From contig CAZSTS010000001.1 of assembly GCA_964609965.1 (NCBI GenBank), forward strand, positions 265,318 through 329,317: 64,000 nucleotides of DNA, read 5' to 3'. The notes beneath the pieces are model-generated. The model was given only the letters and a program-made list of their open reading frames with translations, was not told the origin of the DNA and did no database searches. Positions 1-9,507 of the stretch are shown here, piece after piece. How positions within the stretch are numbered: the stretch's first letter is position 1; each line of letters opens with the position of its first letter. Source of the DNA: an uncultured Nitrospirales bacterium. GTDB taxonomy: Bacteria > UBA10199 > JADGCS01. A program made the translations under genes and the position numbers.

Positions 1-821
1 GAGTTGCCTTTTGTATTCTGGTAATTTTCTAATATTTGAACTGCCTGGTTATTGCTGCCAAGTTTTTCATAGCAACGTGCCATAGCGAGTGGAATAGATT
101 CATTGTATTCAAATTTTGGGTAATATTTTGAAATCAAAAGATAGTCATGTAAAGCTTCTTTATAATAGCTCTGCTTTTCTAATTTTCTGGCTCTAAAATA
201 TAATGTTTCTAGATCATGATTGTTCAATCCCCGGGACATCATTTTACGTTCTAAATCATCATCGATATTAAACCGAGAATCTTGATTATTGTGTAAACTA
301 ACGTTTGATACAAAAGAATTAATGTACTGCGCTTTTGGAGTCGCCGCTGAGGTAGGTTTAAAATAGCGCGAAACAAATTGAGTACTATCTAAAGGTGTTG
401 AATAGAGCCTTTGAACAATTGGTGATTGAGTTGTTGGCTCAAGCTGCTCAGCAGAAAAAGACGCCATGTTATTGTTATTATTTATGTTGTAATCGATTTG
501 ATACCAAACAAATGTAGAAAATACCATCAACAATATAACAGAGAAACCAAAAGAAGGCTTCATTAAATACTGCCAAAGTGATTTCTTCTTTAGAGAATTG
601 GCCTTCTCGTTGGCATAAACTAGTACTTTATTGATGCTCATTTGCGAAGGCTCGCACTCTTTTAACTCAGAAAACCTTTTTGCTATAATACTAATTTTTT
701 CTTGTTCTTTTTGACAATCAGCTACTGAAACCCCGTGTTCTTTAGCGATGTCTTCAAGAGTTTTAGAAGATTCTCCATAATAACTATCTAATATTTCGGT
801 AAATAGTTTTTCTTGTTTCAT
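1..821 (-). CDS. Putative membrane-anchored anti-sigma factor / TPR protein (3' end cut by the window edge)
   Basis: The minus-strand frame is open from the ATG at 819-821 (MKQEKLFTEILDSYYGESSKTLEDIAKEHG...) to the window edge. It lies directly downstream of the ECF sigma gene. It has one hydrophobic span (FGFSVILLMVFSTFVWYQI) and TPR-like C-terminal text. It is missing from the ORF track because there is no stop in the window. Confidence 0.4.
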   Translation of the reverse strand, partial: MKQEKLFTEILDSYYGESSKTLEDIAKEHGVSVADCQKEQEKISIIAKRFSELKECEPSQMSINKVLVYANEKANSLKKKSLWQYLMKPSFGFSVILLMVFSTFVWYQIDYNINNNNNMASFSAEQLEPTTQSPIVQRLYSTPLDSTQFVSRYFKPTSAATPKAQYINSFVSNVSLHNNQDSRFNIDDDLERKMMSRGLNNHDLETLYFRARKLEKQSYYKEALHDYLLISKYYPKFEYNESIPLAMARCYEKLGSNNQAVQILENYQNTKGN

Positions 822-854
822 GATCTTCTCCTGTTTGCATAAGCAAACTTTAAA

Positions 855-1535
855 TTAATCAGGTGTAATCCCAAGCTGCCTGAATTTTTTTTGCAAAGTC
901 ATCATAGCATAACGCATCCTTGACTTTACAGTATTGAGCGAAACGCCTGTCACTTTTGCAATTTGATCAAAAGGCAAACCTTGAAACTGCCTTAAGATAA
1001 ACACCTCTTTTTGTTCTGCATTAAGTTCATCTAAAATTCTTTTTAAATGAGCATCAATTTCTTGTGCGTTAGTAAATGAATTTGATTTTTCTTCTTCTCG
1101 AATTTCGTTTGCTTTCTTTGAGTAGTTTTCGTTACTCTGAATTTCATCCAACGAAAGATGCTGCCTAAATAAGCCTTTACGTTTTTGATCGATACAATAA
1201 TTACGTGCTATAGTATAAAGCCATGTCGTAAACCGAGCCGTTGGTTTATAATCATCTATTGATTTGATGATCCTCAAAAAAGTCTCCTGAAACGCCTCTT
1301 CTGCACTCTCAAAATTGCCTAGATTACGCTGAAGAAAATTGAACACTGGCTTATGATGTCTATCCAAGATAATCCTAAAAGCAAGATTATCGCCTTTTTG
1401 GAATAGACGTACCAACTTTTCGTCTGAAAGACTCTGAAGCATTCGTACACTAGATTTTTGTTCATTTTTTGCCAAGGTGTTGTTATTTTTACAAAAATTC
1501 CATTTTGGCAAGTCTTTTTTTATAAGTGAATTCAT
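855..1535 (-). CDS. ECF-type RNA polymerase sigma-70 family factor
   Basis: Region 2 text (FQETFLRIIKSIDDYKP..FTTWLYTIARNYCIDQKRK) and region 4 HTH (EVFILRQFQGLPFDQIAKVTGVSLNTVKSRMRYA) are present. The true start may be an internal Met. Confidence 0.85.
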   Translation of the reverse strand: MNSLIKKDLPKWNFCKNNNTLAKNEQKSSVRMLQSLSDEKLVRLFQKGDNLAFRIILDRHHKPVFNFLQRNLGNFESAEEAFQETFLRIIKSIDDYKPTARFTTWLYTIARNYCIDQKRKGLFRQHLSLDEIQSNENYSKKANEIREEEKSNSFTNAQEIDAHLKRILDELNAEQKEVFILRQFQGLPFDQIAKVTGVSLNTVKSRMRYAMMTLQKKFRQLGITPD

Positions 1536-1621
1536 TTACTACTTTTATCAACGAGTCACGAGAGGAAAAGTTTCATGGATTTTGGATTTTTTTAAGGAAT
1601 TTCTAAATAGTTACAGGATTA

Positions 1622-2137
1622 TTAGTGGTAAACTACTTCGATATTTGGACCAAATTGCAATTGTCGCCTTTTGGCCTCTCGAATGAGTTCGGTAGGCTCA
1701 CACAAAACGACTTCTTCAATAGACTTACAATCTATGAGTTTTGAAAGCAAAAGCCTGACAGCATTACGCCAATCAAATTGAGATTCAAAAAGCTGGCTGA
1801 GTGAAAAACAAACTTGTTTCATACGTTTTCTCTCAATGGTCTTTAGAAAATAATCTAGAACCTCGCTTATATGATCTTTTTCAAAGTCATCTTTGCCACC
1901 CAAACCAAGAACGAGCACTTCATTAGATTTAAAGCGGTTTTCTGATGGGATGAGCAATAACTCTTTGGCTTTGCCCGAAAATTTCTTTTGTTTTAGAAAT
2001 TCTGAAAGACGTCCGTTAATTCGCCAATCAAGAACCCCTAAATAATTTTTTAAAGGTAAATCTTTCTCATAAATCATGAGAACTATGATTTCAGTAGTTA
2101 TTTTATCAATATTTTGACTCGTAAATGTTAATTTCAT
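1622..2137 (-). CDS. Hypothetical protein resembling the N-terminal (macro-like) domain of M17 aminopeptidases
   Basis: LGVLDWRINGRLSEFLKQKKFSGKAKELLLIPS...VLVLGLGGKDDF matches my memory of the Peptidase_M17_N pattern. No catalytic domain is present. Confidence 0.4.
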   Translation of the reverse strand: MKLTFTSQNIDKITTEIIVLMIYEKDLPLKNYLGVLDWRINGRLSEFLKQKKFSGKAKELLLIPSENRFKSNEVLVLGLGGKDDFEKDHISEVLDYFLKTIERKRMKQVCFSLSQLFESQFDWRNAVRLLLSKLIDCKSIEEVVLCEPTELIREAKRRQLQFGPNIEVVYH

Positions 2138-2149
2138 AGTATTATCGAA

Positions 2150-2545
2150 TCATGCACTGATTTTATCTAAAATTCCATTAATAAAACTACTCGAATCTTC
2201 TGTGCCATATTTTTTGGCCACTTCTAGGTATTCGTTGATGGTGACATTCTTTGGAATATCATCCATGTATTTAATTTCGGCAACACCTAGCCGCAATATA
2301 TTGCGATCAACACTAGCCATTCGAGAGAGCTTCCAATTATTTGAATGCTCTTCTATAAGTTCATTTATGGGGGTTTTGTTTAAATTGTAAGTTTCTAAAA
2401 GTTTAATAGCAAAATTCTTTACTTCGACATCAGGCTTTTGTTCTAATTCGATCTGTTGAAAAACAGCTTCATAGGCTGTGCCAGTAAAATCGATTTCAAA
2501 TACGGCTTTTAGGGCTAATTCTCTCGCTTTTCTTCTAAGACCCAC
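2150..2545 (-). CDS. nusB: Transcription antitermination factor NusB
   Basis: 131 aa with RRKARELALKAVFEIDF...RMASVDRNILRLGVAEI...EYLEVAKKYG..SSSFINGILDKI. GTG start overlaps the ribH stop. The ribH-nusB order is classical. Confidence 0.9.
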   Translation of the reverse strand: MGLRRKARELALKAVFEIDFTGTAYEAVFQQIELEQKPDVEVKNFAIKLLETYNLNKTPINELIEEHSNNWKLSRMASVDRNILRLGVAEIKYMDDIPKNVTINEYLEVAKKYGTEDSSSFINGILDKISA

Positions 2546-3036
2546 TATATTTTCTCCAAAATTAGAATCGTGTCCAATAAGGCTGAGGCAGCTTCAGATC
2601 CTTTATTGTATTTGTTCTGAGAAGACCTCTCTTTTGCTTGTGCATCAGTATTTACAGTTATAACACCAAAAGCAATCGGACATCCTGTATCTAACTGAAC
2701 TCTCAAACAACCTTCAGTGACAGCTTTACAAACATAATCAAAGTGAGGTGTGTCACCTTTTATGACACAACCAATAGCAATAATACCAGCATATTTTTTT
2801 GATTCAGCAACCTTCTTAGCCACCAATGGAATTTCAAATGCCCCTGACACTTCAAACACCTGGATCTGTGACGAAGAATAACCATTTGCTTTTAAAGTTT
2901 TTAAAGCGCCCTTAAGCATGTTCTGACAAACAGTCCCATTAAAAAGGGCCACAACAATAGCTACTCTTTGTTTCTTGCTTGGTTTTCTATTTTGCTTGGA
3001 TTGTTTTGATTTTCTTTTGACCGCCTTTAAGACCAT
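2545..3036 (-). CDS. ribH: 6,7-dimethyl-8-ribityllumazine synthase
   Basis: VAIVVALFNGTV..., VSGAFEIPLVAKKVAES.KYAGIIAIGCVIKGDTPHFDYV and NKGSEAA are lumazine synthase signatures. Confidence 0.9.
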   Translation of the reverse strand: MVLKAVKRKSKQSKQNRKPSKKQRVAIVVALFNGTVCQNMLKGALKTLKANGYSSSQIQVFEVSGAFEIPLVAKKVAESKKYAGIIAIGCVIKGDTPHFDYVCKAVTEGCLRVQLDTGCPIAFGVITVNTDAQAKERSSQNKYNKGSEAASALLDTILILEKI

Positions 3037-3074
3037 TTTTGACTACCTATAAATGTTAATTGAATTTGTAAAAC

Positions 3075-4298
3075 TTAAACCTTTTTTAACAAATGTCCCA
3101 TTTTAGATTTTTTTGCCTTGAGATAATCTGTATTTGTAGCACAGGGTTCTGCTTCAATATGTACCCTATCAACAACCTCTAATCCATAACCCTTTAATCC
3201 AATAATTTTTTTAGGGTTGTTTGTGAGCAAACGAATTTTCTTTAAACCTAAAAAGGCTAAAACCTGAGCTCCAATGCCATAATCTCGTAAATCTGCTTTA
3301 AACCCCAGCTCTTCATTCGCCTGTACAGTATCAAAACCCTGATCTTGCATACCATAGGCCTTGATCTTATTTACAAGACCAATCCCTCTTCCCTCTTGTC
3401 TTACATAGAGAATAACACCCTGACCTGCGTCTTCAATTTTTTGCATGGAGGCAGCGAGCTGCGAACCACAATCACATCTAGTAGAATTAAAAATGTCTCC
3501 TGTTAGGCATTCTGAATGGACACGAACGAGCACTGGGCTGTGAGGATCAATATCGCCCATAACGAGGGCGATATGGTGATAGTCATCAACATCGTTTTCA
3601 AAAACTTTGACCTTATAAGTTCCATACTTTGTGGGGAGACTTGCCTCAGCAACTATTTTTATGAGTGACTCGTAACGCATGCGGTATTTAATAATATCTG
3701 CGATAGTGACAATGTTGAGTCCGTGTTTTTCTGCAAATTTTTCTAAATCAGGCATTCTGGCCATTGTACCATCATCATTCATAATCTCGCACATGACTCC
3801 GGCAGGCTTAAGACTAGCGAGCCTCGAAAGATCCACAGTGCCTTCAGTGTGACCTGCTCTCAATAACACGCCACCTTTCTTTGCTTGAATAGGAAATACA
3901 TGACCAGGACTGACAATCTCACCTGGTTTTATATCTTTTTTAATAGCTGTTTGTATGGTGTGTGCTCTGTCAGCAGCAGAAATACCGGTTGTGACACCGT
4001 GACTGGCCTCGATTGATACTGTAAAACCAGTTTGGTACTTGCTCAAATTTGTGTTGACCATCAACGGGATATTTAGCTCTTGAACACGTGTTTCTGTGAG
4101 GGAAAGACAAATCAACCCTCTAGCATATTTTGCCATAAAATTAATATGCTCTGGGGTTATTTTCTCGGCAGCAATAGTGATATCACCTTCGTTTTCACGA
4201 TCTTCATCATCTACCATTATGACCATTTTCCCGTTTTGATAGTCATCTATTGCCCTTTGGACGCGTTCATAAGCCTTGTTGTGTTCTGTAAAATTCAT
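3075..4298 (-). CDS. ribBA: Bifunctional 3,4-dihydroxy-2-butanone-4-phosphate synthase / GTP cyclohydrolase II
   Basis: 407 aa. N-terminal half is RibB ([18 protein letters not shown]...HTEGTVDL). C-terminal half is RibA ([29 protein letters not shown]). Confidence 0.95.
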   Translation of the reverse strand: MNFTEHNKAYERVQRAIDDYQNGKMVIMVDDEDRENEGDITIAAEKITPEHINFMAKYARGLICLSLTETRVQELNIPLMVNTNLSKYQTGFTVSIEASHGVTTGISAADRAHTIQTAIKKDIKPGEIVSPGHVFPIQAKKGGVLLRAGHTEGTVDLSRLASLKPAGVMCEIMNDDGTMARMPDLEKFAEKHGLNIVTIADIIKYRMRYESLIKIVAEASLPTKYGTYKVKVFENDVDDYHHIALVMGDIDPHSPVLVRVHSECLTGDIFNSTRCDCGSQLAASMQKIEDAGQGVILYVRQEGRGIGLVNKIKAYGMQDQGFDTVQANEELGFKADLRDYGIGAQVLAFLGLKKIRLLTNNPKKIIGLKGYGLEVVDRVHIEAEPCATNTDYLKAKKSKMGHLLKKV

Positions 4299-4403
4299 GA
4301 TCAGGTGACTATATTATTTATCGGAAAATATAAAGAGGCAAAAAGCTAAAGATAAGTAAAATACTTTTTATAAGAAAACAAGATATCTAGCTGATATGAT
4401 TGA

Positions 4404-4430
4404 ATAAAAAAGGGGGGATGCCTCCCCCCT
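4404..4430 (-). terminator. Rho-independent terminator after the zincin lipoprotein gene
   Basis: GGGGGGA-TGCC-TCCCCCC hairpin (4412-4429), followed on the minus strand by a T-run (4405-4411). Confidence 0.7.
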
Positions 4431-4476
4431 TAAAGCCCCTCAGGGCCGGGTAGTTCTATTTTTGCATCAAAAAAAG

Positions 4477-6093
4477 CTATTCTTGAATAACATATCCTCC
4501 AAAATCAGCAATTGTACTCCCTATGCTAATCTCTAAAGACCCGCCATTATCAATGATATCTTGCCCTGAAATCTGCATGTAATTTATCGCAGAGCCAGAT
4601 AGCGTGTCAGTAAATGGAAAACTAGATAGTTCTTGCACAGCAGGTCCATTGAGAACAGTGCCTCGGTTATCGTCTTGTACTGTTCTTAAATTAATTCCAT
4701 TAAAACCAAAACGATTATCAGAGGACACACCTGTGTTAGACATGTATGTGGCTAATCCAAAAAGACCCATGAGATCCTTGAATTGACTCTCTGAAGCACC
4801 AGCACCATAAACAGCGTTCACAACATTCTCGACACCTGTAAGATTTGTATCCAATAGGCTCTCAATAAAACTTGCTCCATCGCCAGAAAAATTCCCTAGT
4901 TCAAATTGTTCATAGAGGTATCGTACGAACAAATAGGACCCTCCTCGTTGGTAAAGACTTGTTCCACACGAAAAACAAGTATTTTGGATGTCATCAAGAT
5001 AACCTGATACCCTTGCATAATTTTCAAGACCTGTCGTGGTCATGTAGCCACTAGCATTAATGCTATACATATCTTCTGCAAGATGAGACATAGCCTCATT
5101 CAACCAAGATTCTTCAACTGAACCTCCATTGATATTATAGTGTTGATTAAAGCTTATCATGTGCTGGTATTCATGTACCAGCACACCTGGAAAAATATTA
5201 GTTGTGGCAAAAGAATTTGTAACTGCTGTTCCATAGGCAGCATGAGGATCAGGTACAAAAGTATAGAATATTTCCATTTCATTACTAATCGGATATGTTG
5301 AATCATCAAAAAGATCTGCTGCGTAAAAGAATCCAGTGACCATGCCACCTGAACTAGCACCTAATTCATTCACAGTTTGTGTAAACAGGACAGCAAATTT
5401 TCCATCTCCATTAATATCTGATTCAGTCCCAAAAAGATCCTGCTCATCTAAAATAACATTATTAAAATCAGTAGCCATTTCTTGAATTTCTAAAGCAGAC
5501 AGATCACCGGCATTGCGATTATCAACATAGAATTGAAAGTAATCAGTTTGATATCTTAACGTAGCTGTGACGACATCATAGCTACTTGAACTCGAAAACG
5601 AGTTTAAAACTTTAAATGTTCTTTGTGAACCTGTTGAGGCAAGTTTGATGAGGTGTGAGTTTGGATTACTGTCATCTTCAGTCAACAGAGCTTCGGGATC
5701 AAGATTTTCTTCGAAAGATCTGAGAAGATCATGAAAGTCACCTGTAATATCAGGATTATCATCTTCATTTCCTTCATCTAGGAATCCATCATCTAGTAAA
5801 AAAGAACTGCTTAATGACTCACCCACCTGAAAAGCAGAAGACGAACTGCTCGTGCTATAAGAAAATAACATGAGAACTACCGTGTCTGTTGACGAGATAT
5901 CGTCAAATGAAGCTGTGCCTTCAGATCCTGAGATGCTAACAGCACTAATATTACCGCCAACTACTGTGTCTGTTGTTGATCCAGAATCACTTGAACTTGA
6001 TGAGCCCAAACCGGATCCACTACCTGAACATTGGGTAAAAAAGGTAAGAATACATACAAGTATGACGATGATGATAAATCTATTTTGATGCAT
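4477..6093 (-). CDS. Secreted/lipoprotein zincin metallopeptidase (HExxH; possibly M30 hyicolysin-like)
   Basis: Signal/lipobox-like N-terminus (MHQNRFIIIVILVCILTFFTQCSG), Ser-rich linker, HEYQHM..WLNEAMSHLAED motif. Paralogue of 6420-8054. I moved the start to the internal Met; the track ORF extends to 6132. Confidence 0.6.
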   Translation of the reverse strand: MHQNRFIIIVILVCILTFFTQCSGSGSGLGSSSSSDSGSTTDTVVGGNISAVSISGSEGTASFDDISSTDTVVLMLFSYSTSSSSSAFQVGESLSSSFLLDDGFLDEGNEDDNPDITGDFHDLLRSFEENLDPEALLTEDDSNPNSHLIKLASTGSQRTFKVLNSFSSSSSYDVVTATLRYQTDYFQFYVDNRNAGDLSALEIQEMATDFNNVILDEQDLFGTESDINGDGKFAVLFTQTVNELGASSGGMVTGFFYAADLFDDSTYPISNEMEIFYTFVPDPHAAYGTAVTNSFATTNIFPGVLVHEYQHMISFNQHYNINGGSVEESWLNEAMSHLAEDMYSINASGYMTTTGLENYARVSGYLDDIQNTCFSCGTSLYQRGGSYLFVRYLYEQFELGNFSGDGASFIESLLDTNLTGVENVVNAVYGAGASESQFKDLMGLFGLATYMSNTGVSSDNRFGFNGINLRTVQDDNRGTVLNGPAVQELSSFPFTDTLSGSAINYMQISGQDIIDNGGSLEISIGSTIADFGGYVIQE

Positions 6094-6374
6094 AGAACCC
6101 CAGCACACAAGGTGCATGGTTATAAGAAGCAATTAATGGACCAAATCACTCTTAAGGGAATAGATTATTTTTGTTTGTTATTTTAATAAGTTACAAAAGG
6201 TCTATAAAAGCGTAACAATTTGATAGGCAATATCTGCCTAATATTGAGTAGATGAATGCAAAGCTTATACATGGTTAACAATGCTTAAACATAAGAAACA
6301 GGATTATGCGATGGATAACAATGTTGGCAGAAGATAAAGGTTGCAGGTGTCAGATACGTTAATCGATAGTCAGC

Positions 6375-6416
6375 CGATATACGATATACGATATGCGCCA
6401 TTCGCTATTCGTTATA
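6375..6416. repeat. Heptad-phased pseudo-repeat (CGATATA x3 degenerating to CGCCATT/CGCTATT/CGTTATA)
   Basis: Six consecutive 7-nt words read directly, ending 4 nt from the stop of the 6420-8054 gene. Confidence 0.8.
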
Positions 6417-6419
6417 CAA

Positions 6420-8054
6420 TTAATTATCGTGAATAAGATAAGCCCCAAGTCTTTCAATAACATCATCACTGACTGTAAATGACAATTGCCCATCAGCTTG
6501 ATTTAAAAGAGTTCTTGGAACCTGCAAATAAGATATACCCGTTGAAGGAATGCTTCCAGTATAAGGGAAATCATTTATCTCAATAACGGAAGGTCCTTGT
6601 AAATAAGTCCCTCTATAGTCTTCCACTTTACCACGCATTTTAAAGCCAAAAAATTCAAATTGATTACTTTGAGCATAGCCTGAATCTGAAAGATACAGTG
6701 CCAACGAAAAGGAACCTATGAGTTTTTTAAATTCATCCTGACTTAATCCTTCACCTAAAGCAGCTGCCACGACATTACTTTTTCCTACCAAATCTGTTTG
6801 CACCAAAGATTTTAGTAAATCCATACCATCTTGAGTACCTGGAAGATTTCCTAATTCAGCCTGTTCATAAAGGTATTTTACAAAAAGATAAGAGCCCCCT
6901 CTTTGCTCCAGAGTGGTGCCACAAGTAAAACAAATATCTGATACACCTGCTAAATAGCCTGAAACCCGTGATGGGTTTTCAGATCCATATCCTGTAATAA
7001 GCGAATCAGAATTAAGAGTAGAAAAGTCTTCAGCTAAATGAGAAAGACCTTCATTGAGCCATCCAAGTTCGGCTAAGCCATCAGAAACAAAGTAATGTTG
7101 GTTAAAGTTGATCATATGCTGAAACTCATGAGGAAATACATTTGGAAGAACAGAACTCATTGTAAAGGATTTTGAAACAGGTATGCCAAATTTACCATCT
7201 TGATCTGGCACATATGCATACATAATTTCCATTTCGTTACTAAATGGGTATTTTTTTGAATCAAAAAGATCAAGAGCGTAGAAAAAACCTGTAATCATAC
7301 CTCCATATTTTTGACCCAATTCATTAATCACATGACTAAACAAGATAACGAACTTCCCATCACCATTCACATCAGACTCTTGGCCAAAAACACTTCTTTC
7401 CAATAGAAGTATCTTAGTAAAATCTTCTGCTAATGTATTGATTTCCTCATCAGTAAATATGTCATTATCGCGCTTATCAATATACACATCAAAATAGTTG
7501 TTTTGATAACGAAGCTCTGCCGACACGAATTCATAACTATCTACTGAAAAAGAATTTATTATTTTAAACTCACGCTCCTCTCCTATTTTTAAAGCCCTTG
7601 TTAAAAATGCATTTGAAGAAATTTCAGGAAGAGGTTCATTCTCACTCAGGTTGCTTTCACGATTTCTTAAAAGATTATTAAAGTTCTCAACAGGATCTTC
7701 GGTATCTAGTGTGACTTTCTGTAAGAATTGATTGCTCGTCCCAGTAGATGGATCTGCACCATTAGAAAAATCATCGAGCTTGATAGCAACATTGTCATTA
7801 GATTTTTGATAAGAATAAACTGCCAAAACAATATCCCCATCTTTTGTCCCTTCATCTATGGGTACTGTTATTTCACCATTAGAGATATTGAGTTCAGTAA
7901 TATTTCCCCCTACTGCTGTTTTGTATTCTCCTGGTTGATTTGTTGGTGTTTGAGCTGAGAGAGACTCCATAGGGCCATCATAACCGCAGTTAATGGAAAG
8001 AAATATCATTCCAAAAACTGGTAAATACCAATTTGCTGCTTTCCGAGTTTTCAT
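6420..8054 (-). CDS. Secreted/lipoprotein zincin metallopeptidase, paralogue of 4477-6093
   Basis: Signal peptide (MKTRKAANWYLPVFGMIFLSINCG), HEFQHM..WLNEGLSHLAED. Shares blocks with its neighbour (NGDGKF..LF, MEI.Y..VPD, RVSGYL, CF.CGT.L.QRGGSYLFV.YLYEQ.ELGN). Confidence 0.6.
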   Translation of the reverse strand: MKTRKAANWYLPVFGMIFLSINCGYDGPMESLSAQTPTNQPGEYKTAVGGNITELNISNGEITVPIDEGTKDGDIVLAVYSYQKSNDNVAIKLDDFSNGADPSTGTSNQFLQKVTLDTEDPVENFNNLLRNRESNLSENEPLPEISSNAFLTRALKIGEEREFKIINSFSVDSYEFVSAELRYQNNYFDVYIDKRDNDIFTDEEINTLAEDFTKILLLERSVFGQESDVNGDGKFVILFSHVINELGQKYGGMITGFFYALDLFDSKKYPFSNEMEIMYAYVPDQDGKFGIPVSKSFTMSSVLPNVFPHEFQHMINFNQHYFVSDGLAELGWLNEGLSHLAEDFSTLNSDSLITGYGSENPSRVSGYLAGVSDICFTCGTTLEQRGGSYLFVKYLYEQAELGNLPGTQDGMDLLKSLVQTDLVGKSNVVAAALGEGLSQDEFKKLIGSFSLALYLSDSGYAQSNQFEFFGFKMRGKVEDYRGTYLQGPSVIEINDFPYTGSIPSTGISYLQVPRTLLNQADGQLSFTVSDDVIERLGAYLIHDN

Positions 8055-8526
8055 GTTTACCCCTAAAATAGGTGCCTAATTACTCAGAAAGCAAAAGCCA
8101 TGCCACGGATTTTGATTATTTTATAGCGCTATATTACTCAATTATATTAACCAGATAACAAGCTTTGATTAATGACTGCATCATTTAACATGTCTTTCAT
8201 TTTTTTCTTTGAACAGTATTATGCGATTTTGTTTATCATTATGATACGCTTACGTTTTTTCGATGACGCGGTGCTTATAAACATCTAAAAAATAAGCGGT
8301 AAATTTTAGGACCTGAAGCAGGTAGAAATAACTTTCTCTCTCAGATTGATAAACCGTCAATCTTTTGTTCTTTTCTTAATAAATGAGATTGAGAATTGAA
8401 TAATTTACTATTTGAAATATTCAACCTCGTCACTTATGTCCGCCCTGTTGATATTACTGGTAAACGATTTGATATGAGTTAATTCAACATGACCTTCATA
8501 ATCCACAATAAACAATTAGAGGTGTT

Positions 8527-8880
8527 ATGACACGATCACAAAAAAAGATTCTTGTAATAGATGACGAAGGTGAACTTATAGACGTGCTGTCAACCCGACT
8601 AAAATCAGAGGGTTTTGAAGTAGACTCTGCCTTGGACGGACTCACAGGTATTGAAAAAGTTTATTCTTTTAAACCCGATGTCATCCTTCTTGATATCAGC
8701 ATGCCTGGCATCAGTGGTTGGGAAGTTTGTGAAAGACTGAGAGCTGATCCCAGGACTAAAAATGTAAAAATATTTATTATCACTGGAACCAGAGACTTGA
8801 AACAAACAAAAAAGGCTGGAGCTGATCGTGTGATTCTCAAACCTTTGAATTTTGACGAAGTCTTGAGCGCCCTAAAATAA
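8527..8880 (+). CDS. Single-domain response regulator (CheY-like receiver)
   Basis: KILVIDDEGEL...PDVILLDISMPGISGWEV...IFIITG...KP receiver motifs; 117 aa with no output domain. Confidence 0.85.
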   Translation: MTRSQKKILVIDDEGELIDVLSTRLKSEGFEVDSALDGLTGIEKVYSFKPDVILLDISMPGISGWEVCERLRADPRTKNVKIFIITGTRDLKQTKKAGADRVILKPLNFDEVLSALK

Positions 8881-8897
8881 TCAGGGAATTTTTCATC

Positions 8898-9503
8898 ATG
8901 AAAAAAATAAAATACGTGATTAAAACCGCCCTTATCGGTGGCATAACAGTGATTCTCCCTGTAGCCCTTTTGGTTATCATATTCAAATGGCTACTTAAAA
9001 TTGTCACTAATATTATCCAACCCTTTACAAACATCATCACAGCCACAGCTCACACTCAAGAGCTCATTGCAGATATTATAGTGATCATCATCCTTCTTCT
9101 CACTTGTTTTATTGTAGGGTTGGTTGTCAAAACCAAGATTGGTAAATTCATTCACCACAGCTTAGAAGATAACATTCTCAAATTCGCCCCTGGTTACAAC
9201 ATGATTAAAGAAACAATCATGCAATTTTTGGGTAAATCAAAACCGCCTTTTTCTGATGTCTGTTTAGTACAACTTTTTGAAAACAGCACAATGTGTACAG
9301 GTTTTGTCACTGACACGCACGAGGACGGAAGCTACACAGTCTTTGTACCCACAGGCCCTAACCCGACCTCAGGGCTTATTTATCACGTCAAAGGAGAATT
9401 TGTGCGTATTGTAGATGTGACTGTAGAATCTGCTATGCGCTCTATCTTAAGTTGTGGGGCTGGTTCTGAAAGACTGTTGAGTGCTGTTAAGAATTCTCAT
9501 TAA
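8898..9503 (+). CDS. DUF502-like membrane protein
   Basis: Two N-terminal TM spans, then a soluble domain with a text pattern (APGYNMIKE..., GFVT..., PTGPNPTSG) that I associate with DUF502. Confidence 0.5.
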   Translation: MKKIKYVIKTALIGGITVILPVALLVIIFKWLLKIVTNIIQPFTNIITATAHTQELIADIIVIIILLLTCFIVGLVVKTKIGKFIHHSLEDNILKFAPGYNMIKETIMQFLGKSKPPFSDVCLVQLFENSTMCTGFVTDTHEDGSYTVFVPTGPNPTSGLIYHVKGEFVRIVDVTVESAMRSILSCGAGSERLLSAVKNSH

Positions 9504-9507
9504 TATC

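Noticed and set aside
4299-4476. Expected FMN (RFN) riboswitch upstream of ribBA
   Set aside because: The spacer is AT-rich and lacks the conserved GC-rich RFN core. Only a terminator hairpin for the upstream gene is present.
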